From: Chloroflexota bacterium
GTDB taxonomy: Bacteria > Chloroflexota > Dehalococcoidia > CAUJGQ01
Assembly (NCBI GenBank): GCA_036741355.1
Contig: DAINSK010000001.1
Span: 19,047 to 83,046 of the forward strand
Direction: 5' to 3'
Length of the DNA: 64,000 bases
The first letter of the stretch is position 1, and every line of letters begins with the position of its first letter. The notes beneath the pieces are model-generated. The model made no database searches and was not told the DNA's origin. It saw only the letters and a program-made list of their open reading frames with translations. Made by a program: the position numbers and the translations under genes. Positions 47,773 through 57,147 of the stretch are shown one piece after another.

Positions 47773-48135
47773 ATGAGCCCCGAGAGCCCAACGTTTGCTA
47801 CGCTGACCCGGGGAGTCTCGATGGAACCGAAGATCGATCAGGAATCAGGCACTACCACGCAAGCAGCATCATTACCATTGGGGATCCGGTTCCCGGCGGC
47901 GCATCAGTATTTCCGTATGCGGCTGCTTGACGAGATCTTCCCGATTGCGCCGTGGGCATCCTGCATGGCAACTGAAGTAGAGGAAGGTTCCTGGGAAGTG
48001 CGGCTGCTATGGCCCGAGATAGGGGTCGAGGCAGTCGAGCATTTCAGCCGGGACGATCTGACGTCCGTCTACGGGAGATGGATGGACTGGGCGCGCACCC
48101 AGATATTCCAGATCGCCGATCGACTACCTGCGTAA
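47773..48135 (+). CDS. Hypothetical protein.
   Basis: An ORF divergent from the XRE gene, with no motifs. Confidence 0.3.
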   Translation: MSPESPTFATLTRGVSMEPKIDQESGTTTQAASLPLGIRFPAAHQYFRMRLLDEIFPIAPWASCMATEVEEGSWEVRLLWPEIGVEAVEHFSRDDLTSVYGRWMDWARTQIFQIADRLPA

Positions 48136-48236
48136 TCCGATCGCAAGCGCGGTCTCGCGCTGCGCGGTCATCGGTACGAGCTGCCGCGCCAACCGGCCTC
48201 CGCGTTCGAGCGGAGGAGTACGGACCGGGCAGGATC

Positions 48237-48629
48237 TTACCAGCGGTCGCCGCGACCGCCGCCGTAGCTCGACTGTCGGGGTTGAGCCCGGAAGCAATCG
48301 GAGCAGTAAACCGGTTTGTCGCCGCGCGGCTCGAACGGCACCCGGGCCTCGTTACCGCAAGTGGCGCAAACGGCGCTAAACATCTCGCGTTGCTGGCCGC
48401 CGGAGTATCCGCCGCCACGGCCGTAATCGTCCCCGCCAGAGCGCGATTGGCGGCGCGACGCGCGACAACTCGCACAACGGCGGGGCTCGTTGGTAAAGCC
48501 CTTCGACGCGTGAAACTCCTGCTCACCCGAGGTGAATACAAATTCCGCACCACAATCCGCGCAGGTCAGGGTCTTGTCGGTAAAGGACACTCGATGCCTC
48601 CAGTCATGAATGGGTAGCGCTTCGGTCAT
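48237..48629 (-). CDS. Duplicated CxxC zinc-ribbon protein with an RGG/Gly-rich linker (YdjO-like).
   Basis: Two copies of the motif CxDCGxEF...CxxCR (TCADCGAEFVFTSGEQEFHASKGFTNEPRRCASCR and CATCGNEARVPFEPRGDKPVYCSDCF), separated by GGDDYGRGGGYSGG. Confidence 0.5.
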   Translation of the reverse strand: MTEALPIHDWRHRVSFTDKTLTCADCGAEFVFTSGEQEFHASKGFTNEPRRCASCRASRRQSRSGGDDYGRGGGYSGGQQREMFSAVCATCGNEARVPFEPRGDKPVYCSDCFRAQPRQSSYGGGRGDRW

Positions 48630-48739
48630 CGAACGTCCGGCAAGGAATGCTGCTCATTCCTTCGGAGGGCGGATGCGAAGGCGACACCGGCCGGTATTCT
48701 AACACAGGAGTGCAACCCTGCAAATGTCTTCCTGAATCG

Positions 48740-50191
48740 CTATGTTTCACGCTGCAGAAACGCCTGTACGCGGTCCATCAGCGGTTTTTTGTCGTAGACG
48801 TTGTAGAGGGCGCTGGCGTTCCGAACCGGGTCGCCGAAGAAGAAACGCTCGTACAGTACCTGTCGCGAGCCGAAAGAGCTGCACGCGGTGTCCCAGGCGA
48901 GCCGAAAGAGACGAACGCGATCGCGTCCGCTCGCCGTCGCCGCCTGGTAATAGCGGTCGATATCACCGCCGATCGGGCTGAGCAGATCTGCTTCAGATGG
49001 CGTCGCCATCAGCCCGCTCGCGCCAAGCAGTTGCAGGATTTCGATCATGCGCGGGTACATTTTCGGAAACATGTTGCGGGCAACGTCGAGAGGCGCTCGC
49101 GCCGGGCAAGCGACGCCCCATTCGTCAATCTCGGCGTCCGCTTCGCCCGCGCGCAGGCAGGCCTTCATCGTCTCCAGGTAGGTAATGATCTCCGCGACCT
49201 TCTCTTGAACGTGTTGGAACTGATCGACGCCGATCGTCTCGATCATCAGGCAGGCCAGCCCGAGGATGAACTCGGCCTTCGCGACGTTCTTGGCAACGAC
49301 CTGGTGCATCATATGCACCACAGCGTTGGTTTTGCCGTACGCGCCGTTGCACAGCCCGACGTCGCCGAGGATAAACACCCGCTCCCACGGCACCAGGACG
49401 TCGTCGAAGACGACGACCGAGTCCATCTCCTCGAAACGGGACGACAGCGGATGATCGAACACCGGCCTGCCGATGTCGTAGCTGTCGCGGCAGATGAAGC
49501 GCAGACCGGGAGTATCGCAGCGAATGGCAAACGCAAAGGCGTATGGGCGGTCCTCCGGCGCCCCCTTGAGCACGGTCGAGGGAAACACTCCTAACTCATC
49601 GGCAAGCGGCGCCAGCGTCGCCAGCATGCGGGCACCGCGAACGACGATCCCTGCATCGGTTTCCTTGACTACCGCCGCAGCCAGCAATGGGTCGGCCTGT
49701 TGGGCTGGGCCGACCGCACGGTTCGATTGCGGGTTAATCAGCGTGTGCGTCAGGCAAAGGTCGTGTTCTCGGATGTGCTCGTAGTAGTTGCGGACATTTG
49801 CGCTGAAGCGGTCGTCGGCGCTGCCGAAATAAGCGGCGGCCGCGGCGAACGCCATGAAGCTACTGTTCAGATAGTCGGGTGTGCGACCCATCATGCCGCC
49901 GGTGTCAGCCGCCCATCGCGACATCATGCGGCGCCGCTTCACCAGGTCGTCAATATTGCGCGGCGGCAGGAAGGACATGCCCACTCGATTGCCGCTCGTG
50001 GGAGACACGTAAGTCATTTCGTCGCGCAGCGCCGGGTCGTGTTGCATGTCGTAGAGGCGAGCAACCGATCGGGCGCCGTGGCAAAACGCCGGGTGAGACG
50101 TTACATCTTCGACCCGTTCGCCGCCGATCCAGATCTGCGGTCGGGCGGCCTTCAGGCCTGTCAGATATTCAGCACCCGTGCGGGCTCCCAT
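48740..50191 (-). CDS. 4-hydroxyphenylacetate 3-monooxygenase oxygenase component family (HpaB-like, FADH2-dependent).
   Basis: 483 aa with HpaB-family N- and C-terminal signatures (MGARTGAEYLTGLKAARPQIWIGGERVEDVTSHPAF ... RLAWD). Confidence 0.8.
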   Translation of the reverse strand: MGARTGAEYLTGLKAARPQIWIGGERVEDVTSHPAFCHGARSVARLYDMQHDPALRDEMTYVSPTSGNRVGMSFLPPRNIDDLVKRRRMMSRWAADTGGMMGRTPDYLNSSFMAFAAAAAYFGSADDRFSANVRNYYEHIREHDLCLTHTLINPQSNRAVGPAQQADPLLAAAVVKETDAGIVVRGARMLATLAPLADELGVFPSTVLKGAPEDRPYAFAFAIRCDTPGLRFICRDSYDIGRPVFDHPLSSRFEEMDSVVVFDDVLVPWERVFILGDVGLCNGAYGKTNAVVHMMHQVVAKNVAKAEFILGLACLMIETIGVDQFQHVQEKVAEIITYLETMKACLRAGEADAEIDEWGVACPARAPLDVARNMFPKMYPRMIEILQLLGASGLMATPSEADLLSPIGGDIDRYYQAATASGRDRVRLFRLAWDTACSSFGSRQVLYERFFFGDPVRNASALYNVYDKKPLMDRVQAFLQRET

Positions 50192-50323
50192 GCGCGTTCG
50201 CTCCTGCTACTGCGAATTGCCGCCGGTTATTAGTAACCGCGGGCCCTGGCTCGACGCCGGCCGAATGTCGCCCTACCATATCAGCACGTCACGGGATCAG
50301 TTGGGCGGGGCTGTAGTCTTCTT

Positions 50324-50983
50324 ATGCAAAGACACGAATCCACTGTGTTTGACCCGCAGCAGATGCGCCCCAGCGATCTCTATCACCTGTTGAACGCTGT
50401 GGTTGTGCCGAGGCCGATCGCGTGGGTCTCCACCTTAAGCGATCGTGGTGTTGCTAACCTCGCCCCGCACAGCTATTTCACCGTCCTGGCGGCCGATCCG
50501 CCGACAGTCTGCTTTTCGAGCGCCGGTGAGAAGGACTCACTTCGCAATGCGCGCTTCACCGGCGATTTCGTGGTTAACGTCGTGAGCGAAGGTCTGGCCG
50601 AGGCGATGAACCACACTGCCGCCGACTTCCCGCCCGATCTGAGCGAGTTTACGGCGGCCGGATTGACCCCGGTGCCGTCTGACCTTGTGCGTGCGCCGCG
50701 GCTGCTGGAAGCTCCCGCCAACCTCGAGTGTCGCCTGACTCAGGTAATCGAGATCGGCCGCAACCCGAACTACGTTGTTGTCGGCGAGGTTGTCCGGTTC
50801 CACGTGGATTCCACTGCTATCATCGACGGGCGCGTGGACGTTTCGCGTATCCGCCCGCTGGGGCGTCTCGCCGGTTCAGGTTATGTCACACCGGGCGAGT
50901 TCTTTCAACTGGTGCGGCCCACCTATGCCGGCCTGGTGGCAACCGGCAACGTCCATCTCAACGGAGAGAAGACGCGCGCGTAA
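50324..50983 (+). CDS. Flavin reductase (HpaC-like; NAD(P)H:flavin oxidoreductase).
   Basis: A flavin-reductase-like pattern (VVPRPIAWVST ... NLAPHSYF). Confidence 0.75.
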   Translation: MQRHESTVFDPQQMRPSDLYHLLNAVVVPRPIAWVSTLSDRGVANLAPHSYFTVLAADPPTVCFSSAGEKDSLRNARFTGDFVVNVVSEGLAEAMNHTAADFPPDLSEFTAAGLTPVPSDLVRAPRLLEAPANLECRLTQVIEIGRNPNYVVVGEVVRFHVDSTAIIDGRVDVSRIRPLGRLAGSGYVTPGEFFQLVRPTYAGLVATGNVHLNGEKTRA

Positions 50984-51025
50984 CCACACAGCGCCAATCC
51001 GAATTTCGGGACGCTGGAGAATCAG

Positions 51026-51871
51026 ATGCGCCTCACGATGCTCGGCACCGGCACGCCCATTCCCGACCCGGCGCGCCGCGGCCCGAGTCAGGTCGTCCAG
51101 GCAGGAGCTGACGCTCTTCTGGTCGACTGCGGAAGCGGCGTCGTGCAGCAGTTGGTGGCCGCGCGCATCGATCCCGGATCTATCCGAAACGTCCTGATCA
51201 CGCATCACCACTCGGATCACACGATTGACCTTGCGCACTTTCTCTTTACCGGCTGGGTCATGGGTTGGTGGAAGCAACCACCCGCTATTTACGGACCACC
51301 CGGAACCGCGGAGTTCGTGAGGCGGCTCTTGCATGCCTTCGAGCTGGACATCAACTTTCGTCTTCAGGCCCGCGAACAGCCGCTGGAGCGGCTCGTGCCG
51401 GTTTGCATCGACATTGAGGCCGGCTGGGTGCTGGAGGGGAACGACTGGAGAGTCGCGGCTTTCGGCGTGGAGCACGAGCCGGTTCATCCCGCGTTTGGGT
51501 TCCGCGTCGAGTCCGGTCGCCGTTCGGCCGTGGTCAGCGGCGACACGCATCCGTGCGAGACCCTGATCCGGAACGCCATGGACACAGACCTGCTGGTTCA
51601 CGAGGTCTACTGGACGGCCGGCGCGGAGGCTCGTAAGCAGGGCGTCACCGATGAGGCGTCCCTGGCGCGGATGACCGCGATCGACGCGTACCACACCGGG
51701 TCGGAAGAGCTTGGACGGGTCGCGACGGACTGCGGCGCGCGGGCGCTGGCGCTCAGCCACATTCTCTTCCGCGGCGGTGGTCCCGGAAACCTGTTGAGCG
51801 ACGTTCGGCGTGATTATCGGGGCCCGGTTACCGTCGCAGAGGACCTGATGGCGTTCGACCTGGAGGATTGA
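51026..51871 (+). CDS. MBL-fold metallo-hydrolase.
   Basis: ITHHHSDHT (the HxHxDH motif). Confidence 0.75.
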   Translation: MRLTMLGTGTPIPDPARRGPSQVVQAGADALLVDCGSGVVQQLVAARIDPGSIRNVLITHHHSDHTIDLAHFLFTGWVMGWWKQPPAIYGPPGTAEFVRRLLHAFELDINFRLQAREQPLERLVPVCIDIEAGWVLEGNDWRVAAFGVEHEPVHPAFGFRVESGRRSAVVSGDTHPCETLIRNAMDTDLLVHEVYWTAGAEARKQGVTDEASLARMTAIDAYHTGSEELGRVATDCGARALALSHILFRGGGPGNLLSDVRRDYRGPVTVAEDLMAFDLED

Positions 51872-52707
51872 AGGTGGCCACCCCCGCGTTTTCTGGTGAT
51901 CCCCAACTCGCGACGACCGAAGCCGACTGGCTGGCCGCCCACTTCAAAGCCTGTTCGCCGGAGTATCGCGCCATGCTTGAATCGGCGGGCATACGGAAGG
52001 GAGACCACGTCGTCGACGTCGGATGCGGCAGCGGTCAGTTCCTCGGGTGGATCGGCGATCTGGCAGGCGCTGGCGGACGGGTCACCGGTATCGACATCTC
52101 GCTCGATAACCTCTTGCGTGCGCGAGAGCAACTGGCGACAGGTCGCATGCGATCCGGCGTGATCGGCGCCGACGCGTTGAAGCTGCCCCTGGCGGCCGGC
52201 AGCGTAGACCTGGTTTGGTGCGCCAATACGTTCGAGTATCTAACGGCCGACGAACAGGCAGCATATCTGCGTGAGATGATGCGGGTGTTGACGCCCGGAG
52301 GGATCGTGGCGGTGAAGGACTCTGAATTCACGCATAAGATCTTCCATCCGGTGCCCGTGCAGTTCTGGTTTGACTTCCTGCTCCACCTCTCACGTGAAGG
52401 CGGCGGAGCGCCTTTTGTCGGTCGTACTCTGCCCGGCGCCTTCAAGCACGCCGGTCTGACGCCGTCAGTACGGACCTTCCTGACGGAACGGACCGCGCCG
52501 CTAACCGCCGTCGAACGCCGCTGGATCGGAATGAGCGGGCGGGCGATCGCCGCTGATGGGGCGTCATGGATGGCGTCCGAGCGCGCGGACGAAGCCGCTG
52601 CCTTTGGAAGGCTGTTCGACGAGCGCGAGGCGGGCTGCGTGCTGTTGCGAGACGATTTCTACTACTGCGAGGGGAGCATTGTCGTCACGGCCCGGACGCC
52701 GGAGTAA
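51868..52707 (+). CDS. Class I SAM-dependent methyltransferase.
   Basis: VVDVGCGSGQF (motif I) and VLTPGGIVAV. Confidence 0.75.
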   Translation: MKVATPAFSGDPQLATTEADWLAAHFKACSPEYRAMLESAGIRKGDHVVDVGCGSGQFLGWIGDLAGAGGRVTGIDISLDNLLRAREQLATGRMRSGVIGADALKLPLAAGSVDLVWCANTFEYLTADEQAAYLREMMRVLTPGGIVAVKDSEFTHKIFHPVPVQFWFDFLLHLSREGGGAPFVGRTLPGAFKHAGLTPSVRTFLTERTAPLTAVERRWIGMSGRAIAADGASWMASERADEAAAFGRLFDEREAGCVLLRDDFYYCEGSIVVTARTPE

Positions 52708-52852
52708 GCCCCTGCTGCTAGGATGGATTCAGCAGCGTAACCGAGGAGCATTCTTGCAGACAACCGAAGAACGCGACGTTCGCGACGGGCCGGACGGAGC
52801 CGCCTCCAACGCTCGGACGCATGGCAGCGCTCAGATCCGCCGGGGAAGACCG

Positions 52853-53221
52853 ATGGAACAGACGTGGTTTGCGTTCGGTAGCCTGTTGATGGTGGCCGGC
52901 GTCGCAGCGGGTGCATTCGCTGCCCACGGGCTAAAGGCCAGGCTCTCAGCCGACAACCTCGAGATCTGGCAAACAGCCGCCCGTTACCACATCTACCACG
53001 CGCTGGCGCTGCTGACGGTGGCATATGCGGCACATCGGTGGAGCAACGGCCTGACGACGCTCGCGGGCTGGCTGTTTATCGCCGGTATCGTTTTGTTTTC
53101 AGGCAGCCTGTACATTCTCTCCGTCTCGGGGATCAAATGGCTGGGAGCCGTGACGCCGCTCGGCGGCCTCTGTTTCCTCGCCGGCTGGGTCTCATTGGGA
53201 GCCGCAGCCTGGCGGGGTTGA
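52853..53221 (+). CDS. DUF423 family membrane protein.
   Basis: Four TM helices (MEQTWFAFGSLLMVAGVAAGAFAAHGLK...). Confidence 0.6.
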   Translation: MEQTWFAFGSLLMVAGVAAGAFAAHGLKARLSADNLEIWQTAARYHIYHALALLTVAYAAHRWSNGLTTLAGWLFIAGIVLFSGSLYILSVSGIKWLGAVTPLGGLCFLAGWVSLGAAAWRG

Positions 53222-53257
53222 GCTCTAATCTGCTTCCAAATCCGATGCCCACGACGT

Positions 53258-53809
53258 TCAGTGAAGGTGGCTTCGATGCTCGGACGCCCCCTGTGCCGTA
53301 TCGCGGCGGACCGTTATGCGCAGGGTATCGTGGAAACCAGCCAGGTCGAGCGTTGCTCCGGCCGAGCGAGCCAGCGGCACGAAGACGCGAAACAGGGCGT
53401 GCATGTCGCTCGGCGCGACGCCGAATGGTTCCAACAGCCGCTGCCACCGCTCTTCGTCCAGTCCGAGCGGTACGGCGCCAACCGTCGCGATCGACTCATT
53501 CGCGCCGTAGTTGAAGTCGCGAACCTGATAGCCGGTGGAGGCGAGGTTCTCCAGTACGAGGTTGAGAACCGCGTCGGCGCCGTGTCCCTCGAGCCCCGAC
53601 CAGGTCGTGGCCAACCGCTCTGCCATCCACGCCACCAATTCCTCGGGACCGGCGCCCCTCCCGCGCAGAAAACCAAACGCCGCAGCAACAAACACGTGGT
53701 AGTTAAAGCCTGATCGCAGCAACAACCCTTCAAAATCGGGTCCTGTTGCATCATCCGCGTCCGATGTTGGCGTCACTTGTTCGGCGCTTTGCTCGTCGGG
53801 ATCAGCCAC
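53258..53809 (-). CDS. Hypothetical protein.
   Basis: An ORF directly downstream of, and overlapping, the histidine kinase gene; acidic N-terminus. Confidence 0.35.
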   Translation of the reverse strand: MADPDEQSAEQVTPTSDADDATGPDFEGLLLRSGFNYHVFVAAAFGFLRGRGAGPEELVAWMAERLATTWSGLEGHGADAVLNLVLENLASTGYQVRDFNYGANESIATVGAVPLGLDEERWQRLLEPFGVAPSDMHALFRVFVPLARSAGATLDLAGFHDTLRITVRRDTAQGASEHRSHLH

Positions 53810-55835
53810 GGCTCGCCCTACCCCGGTTCAGAGGCAGCGAAACGGTGAATGTTGACCCTTCTCCTAACGTACTCTGTACCTCGATGCTGCCGCCGTGACT
53901 TTCCACGATCTCGCGGCACAGATATAGTCCCAAACCGAGACCGCCCGCGTATAATGCCGCGTTTTCTGCGCGATAGAACCGTTCGAATAGCCGTCCGAGC
54001 GCCTGCGGCGGCACGCCAACCCCATGATCGACGACCTGCACGATCGCTCGGTTGTGCGAACGGGCAGCCGTAACTTCGATCGTCGCCGTCGGTCCGCTGT
54101 ACTTGACCGCGTTGTCGAGCAAGTTTATGAACACCTGTTTCAGGTGGCCCGCGTCGCCTCCCACCGGCAACGGTCCGGGTAACTTTCCTTCGATCCGCCC
54201 CGGCCACTGAAGCTGTGTCTGCTCGATCGATGAACGCAGGACGTCAACGAGGTCGACCGCCTCCATTTTCAGGGAAAGTCGCCCGGTGCGGATGCGTGAC
54301 ACGTCGAGCAACTCGTCGACCAGCCGAGTCATGTGCTCGGTCTGTTCGCTGATCGTTGCCAGCGCCGAGTTCACGGTGGCTGGGTCCAGGCGATCGCGCC
54401 TTCGCTCGAGCAATTGGGCGAGGCCGCGGATCGTTGTAATGGGTGTGCGCAGCTCATGGCCGGCGATGGACAGAAAGTCATCCTTGAGGCGGTCCATCTC
54501 TCGAAGGCTGGTAATGTCCTGAAACACCATGATCACAGCGGCTAGTTGACCCTTGGCGTCACGAACCGGCGCGACGTTGGAAACCACGGGCAGTTCCTGG
54601 CCGTCGGCGCGGCGCACTATCTGCTCCTCGCCCAGCACCGTTCGCCCGGTGCTGAACGCGCGTGCGACGGGCTCATCGACGGGCTGATACGGCCGTCCAT
54701 CGGGATGATGGAATCCGTATCGCGTCGCCAGCCCCCTCGCCTGCGTACTCGGGTCAACGGACTGTCCGAGAATCCCCTCGGCGCTGTGATTGCTGGCAAC
54801 GAGGCGGCCGCCCGCGTCAAACAGCAACACGCCCTCGGGAAGCTGATCCAGCACGGCTTGCAGGCGCGAACGTTCGGTTTCGGCCTGCTCGCGCCGGCGC
54901 ACAGCTTCCAGCTCTACGCCCACTTGGGCGGCCATCGCTCCGAGCAGGACCAGGTCATCGGGGTGCGACGAATGTGGATTGCGGCTGGCAAGCGTGAGCA
55001 GACCGAACCGCAGCGTCCCTGAAGCAAGTGGCAGGTTCACGAACGTCGCGGCGCCGCTCGCGGCGATGACGCGCCGCGAAGACTCACTCGCGGGCTCGTC
55101 ACGATCAGTTTGGAACACCGTGGCCCGATTCTCGCGCAGGGCGATGCTGGTTTGGTGGGTCGGTTGCATCATCATCGACGGAAGCAAAAGTGCGGCCCGC
55201 TCGGGAAAGCCCGACTGCGCCATTAGCCTGAGCTCGTCGCCGTCGAGCGCAAACACGGCAGCCATGTCCACCCAGGTCAGCAGCGACACGGCGCGAACAC
55301 AGACGGAGCGCGCGGCGCGCCGCAGGTCGCCCGACATACTGAGTCCTCGCCGAACGCCCTCCAGCAAGCGCAGCGCTCGTTCGCGCGTGATTTGCTGTGT
55401 TATGTCCCTCCAAACCACGGCGACGCCCTGGATTGCGCCACCGTCGCCCCGCACCGGGCTCGTGTTCAGTGAGAAGACGCGGTCACGTCCGTCGGCCATG
55501 CGCAGGACACGCTCGCCGCGAATGCTTTCGCCTTTGAGAGCTCTGGTTAGGGCACGGTCTGAATCCCGGATCGGCTTGCCCTCTCGATCGCGCAGCCTCT
55601 GGACCTCGGGGGCTCCGGAGATCGGCCCCTCGGATACTCCGGCGTCCGCAAGGAGCTGCCGATACGCGGTATTGGCCAAACGCATGCGGCCGTCGGTGCC
55701 GATCAACGCGACCGGGTCACTCATGCTTTCAAGCAGAGCGCCTACTTCTGCAGAGCTCGGAGAGTCGCTGCTTGCGGCGCCGGCACACTCCTGGGCCTGA
55801 GCATCACGCGCGGGGGCGTTGTGAGCCATCGTCAA
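53802..55835 (-). CDS. Cytoplasmic multi-sensor histidine kinase (PAS/GAF/PAS - HisKA - HATPase_c).
   Basis: The H-box HELRTPITTIRGLAQLL, N-box NLLDNAVKY, G-boxes DHGVGV and GGLGLGL. No TM segments. Confidence 0.85.
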   Translation of the reverse strand: MTMAHNAPARDAQAQECAGAASSDSPSSAEVGALLESMSDPVALIGTDGRMRLANTAYRQLLADAGVSEGPISGAPEVQRLRDREGKPIRDSDRALTRALKGESIRGERVLRMADGRDRVFSLNTSPVRGDGGAIQGVAVVWRDITQQITRERALRLLEGVRRGLSMSGDLRRAARSVCVRAVSLLTWVDMAAVFALDGDELRLMAQSGFPERAALLLPSMMMQPTHQTSIALRENRATVFQTDRDEPASESSRRVIAASGAATFVNLPLASGTLRFGLLTLASRNPHSSHPDDLVLLGAMAAQVGVELEAVRRREQAETERSRLQAVLDQLPEGVLLFDAGGRLVASNHSAEGILGQSVDPSTQARGLATRYGFHHPDGRPYQPVDEPVARAFSTGRTVLGEEQIVRRADGQELPVVSNVAPVRDAKGQLAAVIMVFQDITSLREMDRLKDDFLSIAGHELRTPITTIRGLAQLLERRRDRLDPATVNSALATISEQTEHMTRLVDELLDVSRIRTGRLSLKMEAVDLVDVLRSSIEQTQLQWPGRIEGKLPGPLPVGGDAGHLKQVFINLLDNAVKYSGPTATIEVTAARSHNRAIVQVVDHGVGVPPQALGRLFERFYRAENAALYAGGLGLGLYLCREIVESHGGSIEVQSTLGEGSTFTVSLPLNRGRASRG

Positions 55836-56252
55836 AAGACCGTTCTGCGGGCTGAAATCAATGCTCGGCGCCGCTCCGCGACCGGGGTCATACTATTACC
55901 ATCTGAAGCCGTGCCGTCGCAATCGGAAGCGATACTGTCGGCAGATCAACAGCCAGGTCACTCCATTGAATGCGACAACGATTGAACCTGCCAGCGCGAC
56001 ACGGGCAGCGCTGTGGTCAAACGCGGCGACGGCCATGAAGCTGATCATGCCGGCCAGGGTGATTCCCAGCACTAACCAGCGCAACTGCAAACGCTGCAGA
56101 CTACCTGCTGGGCGAGATTCGGGAAGTGCCACACTAGCAGCCTACGCCATATTCAAGGACACCGGGACAGCACAGATCGGCTATGCTAGCGACGCGCCGC
56201 CCCACCGGGGCGCAAAACGCATTCGCGCTGCTTTCACCAAGAGGTAATTTGC

Positions 56253-57056
56253 ATGGAGTACAAGACGCTGATCGTGGAACGTCAGGACCGCATCATGACG
56301 GTAACGCTCAACCGGCCGGAGCGGCTGAATTCGCTCTCTGCCGACCTGACGCAAGAGCTGGGCGATCTGATTACGCAGCTTTCTCTCGGCGACGAAGATA
56401 TCCGCTGTCTGGTGCTAACGGGCGCCGGTCGCGCATTCTGCGCGGGCGGCGATACAGGCGGAATGCCGGGCGGGGCAGGCGAACGTCCCCGACGAACGGC
56501 GGAGGACGCCCGCCGCGGCTTCCGCAGCGCGCAGCGCATTATCCTCGGGCTTCAGCGACTCGAGATTCCCACCATCGCGATGGTCAACGGCGACGCCGTC
56601 GGCGCCGGATTCGACCTCGCCTGTGCATGCGACCTCCGCACCGCGGCGCAGACGGCGCGCTTCATGGTCGCCTACCGTCGCATTGGCCTGATTCCGGGCT
56701 GGGGCGGGGCGTGGCTCTACGCGCGCCGTCTGGGCTTAAGTAAGGCAGCCGAGCTGATGTTCACCGGCGATTTCATGCCGGCCGACGAGGGGTACCGGCT
56801 CGGCATGATCAACAAGGTCGTGCCCTTAGAAGAGCTGCACGCCGAGACGATGGCTCTCGCGGGTCGGATCGCCTCCGGGCCGCCGATATCCCTGCGGCTA
56901 ATGAAGCAACTGCTTTACCGCGGGTTGCAAACCGATCTGGAGACATCGATGCTCATGGCCGCCACGGGGTCGTCAATCACTTTGTTGTCGGAGGACCACG
57001 TCGAAGGCATCACCGCGTTCCGCGAGAAGAGGTCCGCGGAATTCAAAGGGCGATAG
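56253..57056 (+). CDS. Enoyl-CoA hydratase/isomerase (crotonase) family.
   Basis: The crotonase oxyanion motifs GAGRAFCAGGD and MVNGDAVGAGFDLACACD. Confidence 0.8.
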   Translation: MEYKTLIVERQDRIMTVTLNRPERLNSLSADLTQELGDLITQLSLGDEDIRCLVLTGAGRAFCAGGDTGGMPGGAGERPRRTAEDARRGFRSAQRIILGLQRLEIPTIAMVNGDAVGAGFDLACACDLRTAAQTARFMVAYRRIGLIPGWGGAWLYARRLGLSKAAELMFTGDFMPADEGYRLGMINKVVPLEELHAETMALAGRIASGPPISLRLMKQLLYRGLQTDLETSMLMAATGSSITLLSEDHVEGITAFREKRSAEFKGR

Positions 57057-57147
57057 CCGCCGGCGCGCCGACGTGGTTCTTGCCCGAGCGTTTGGCCTCG
57101 TAAGAAGCGATTATGTCCCGAATCCGCTTGCACACGCACTCCCGCCG

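Noticed and set aside
48647-49594. 315-aa plus-strand ORF
   Set aside because: It is fully antisense to the well-supported HpaB-family oxygenase gene (48740-50191, minus). Its Arg/Ala-rich translation is the typical antisense-frame artefact of high-GC coding DNA.
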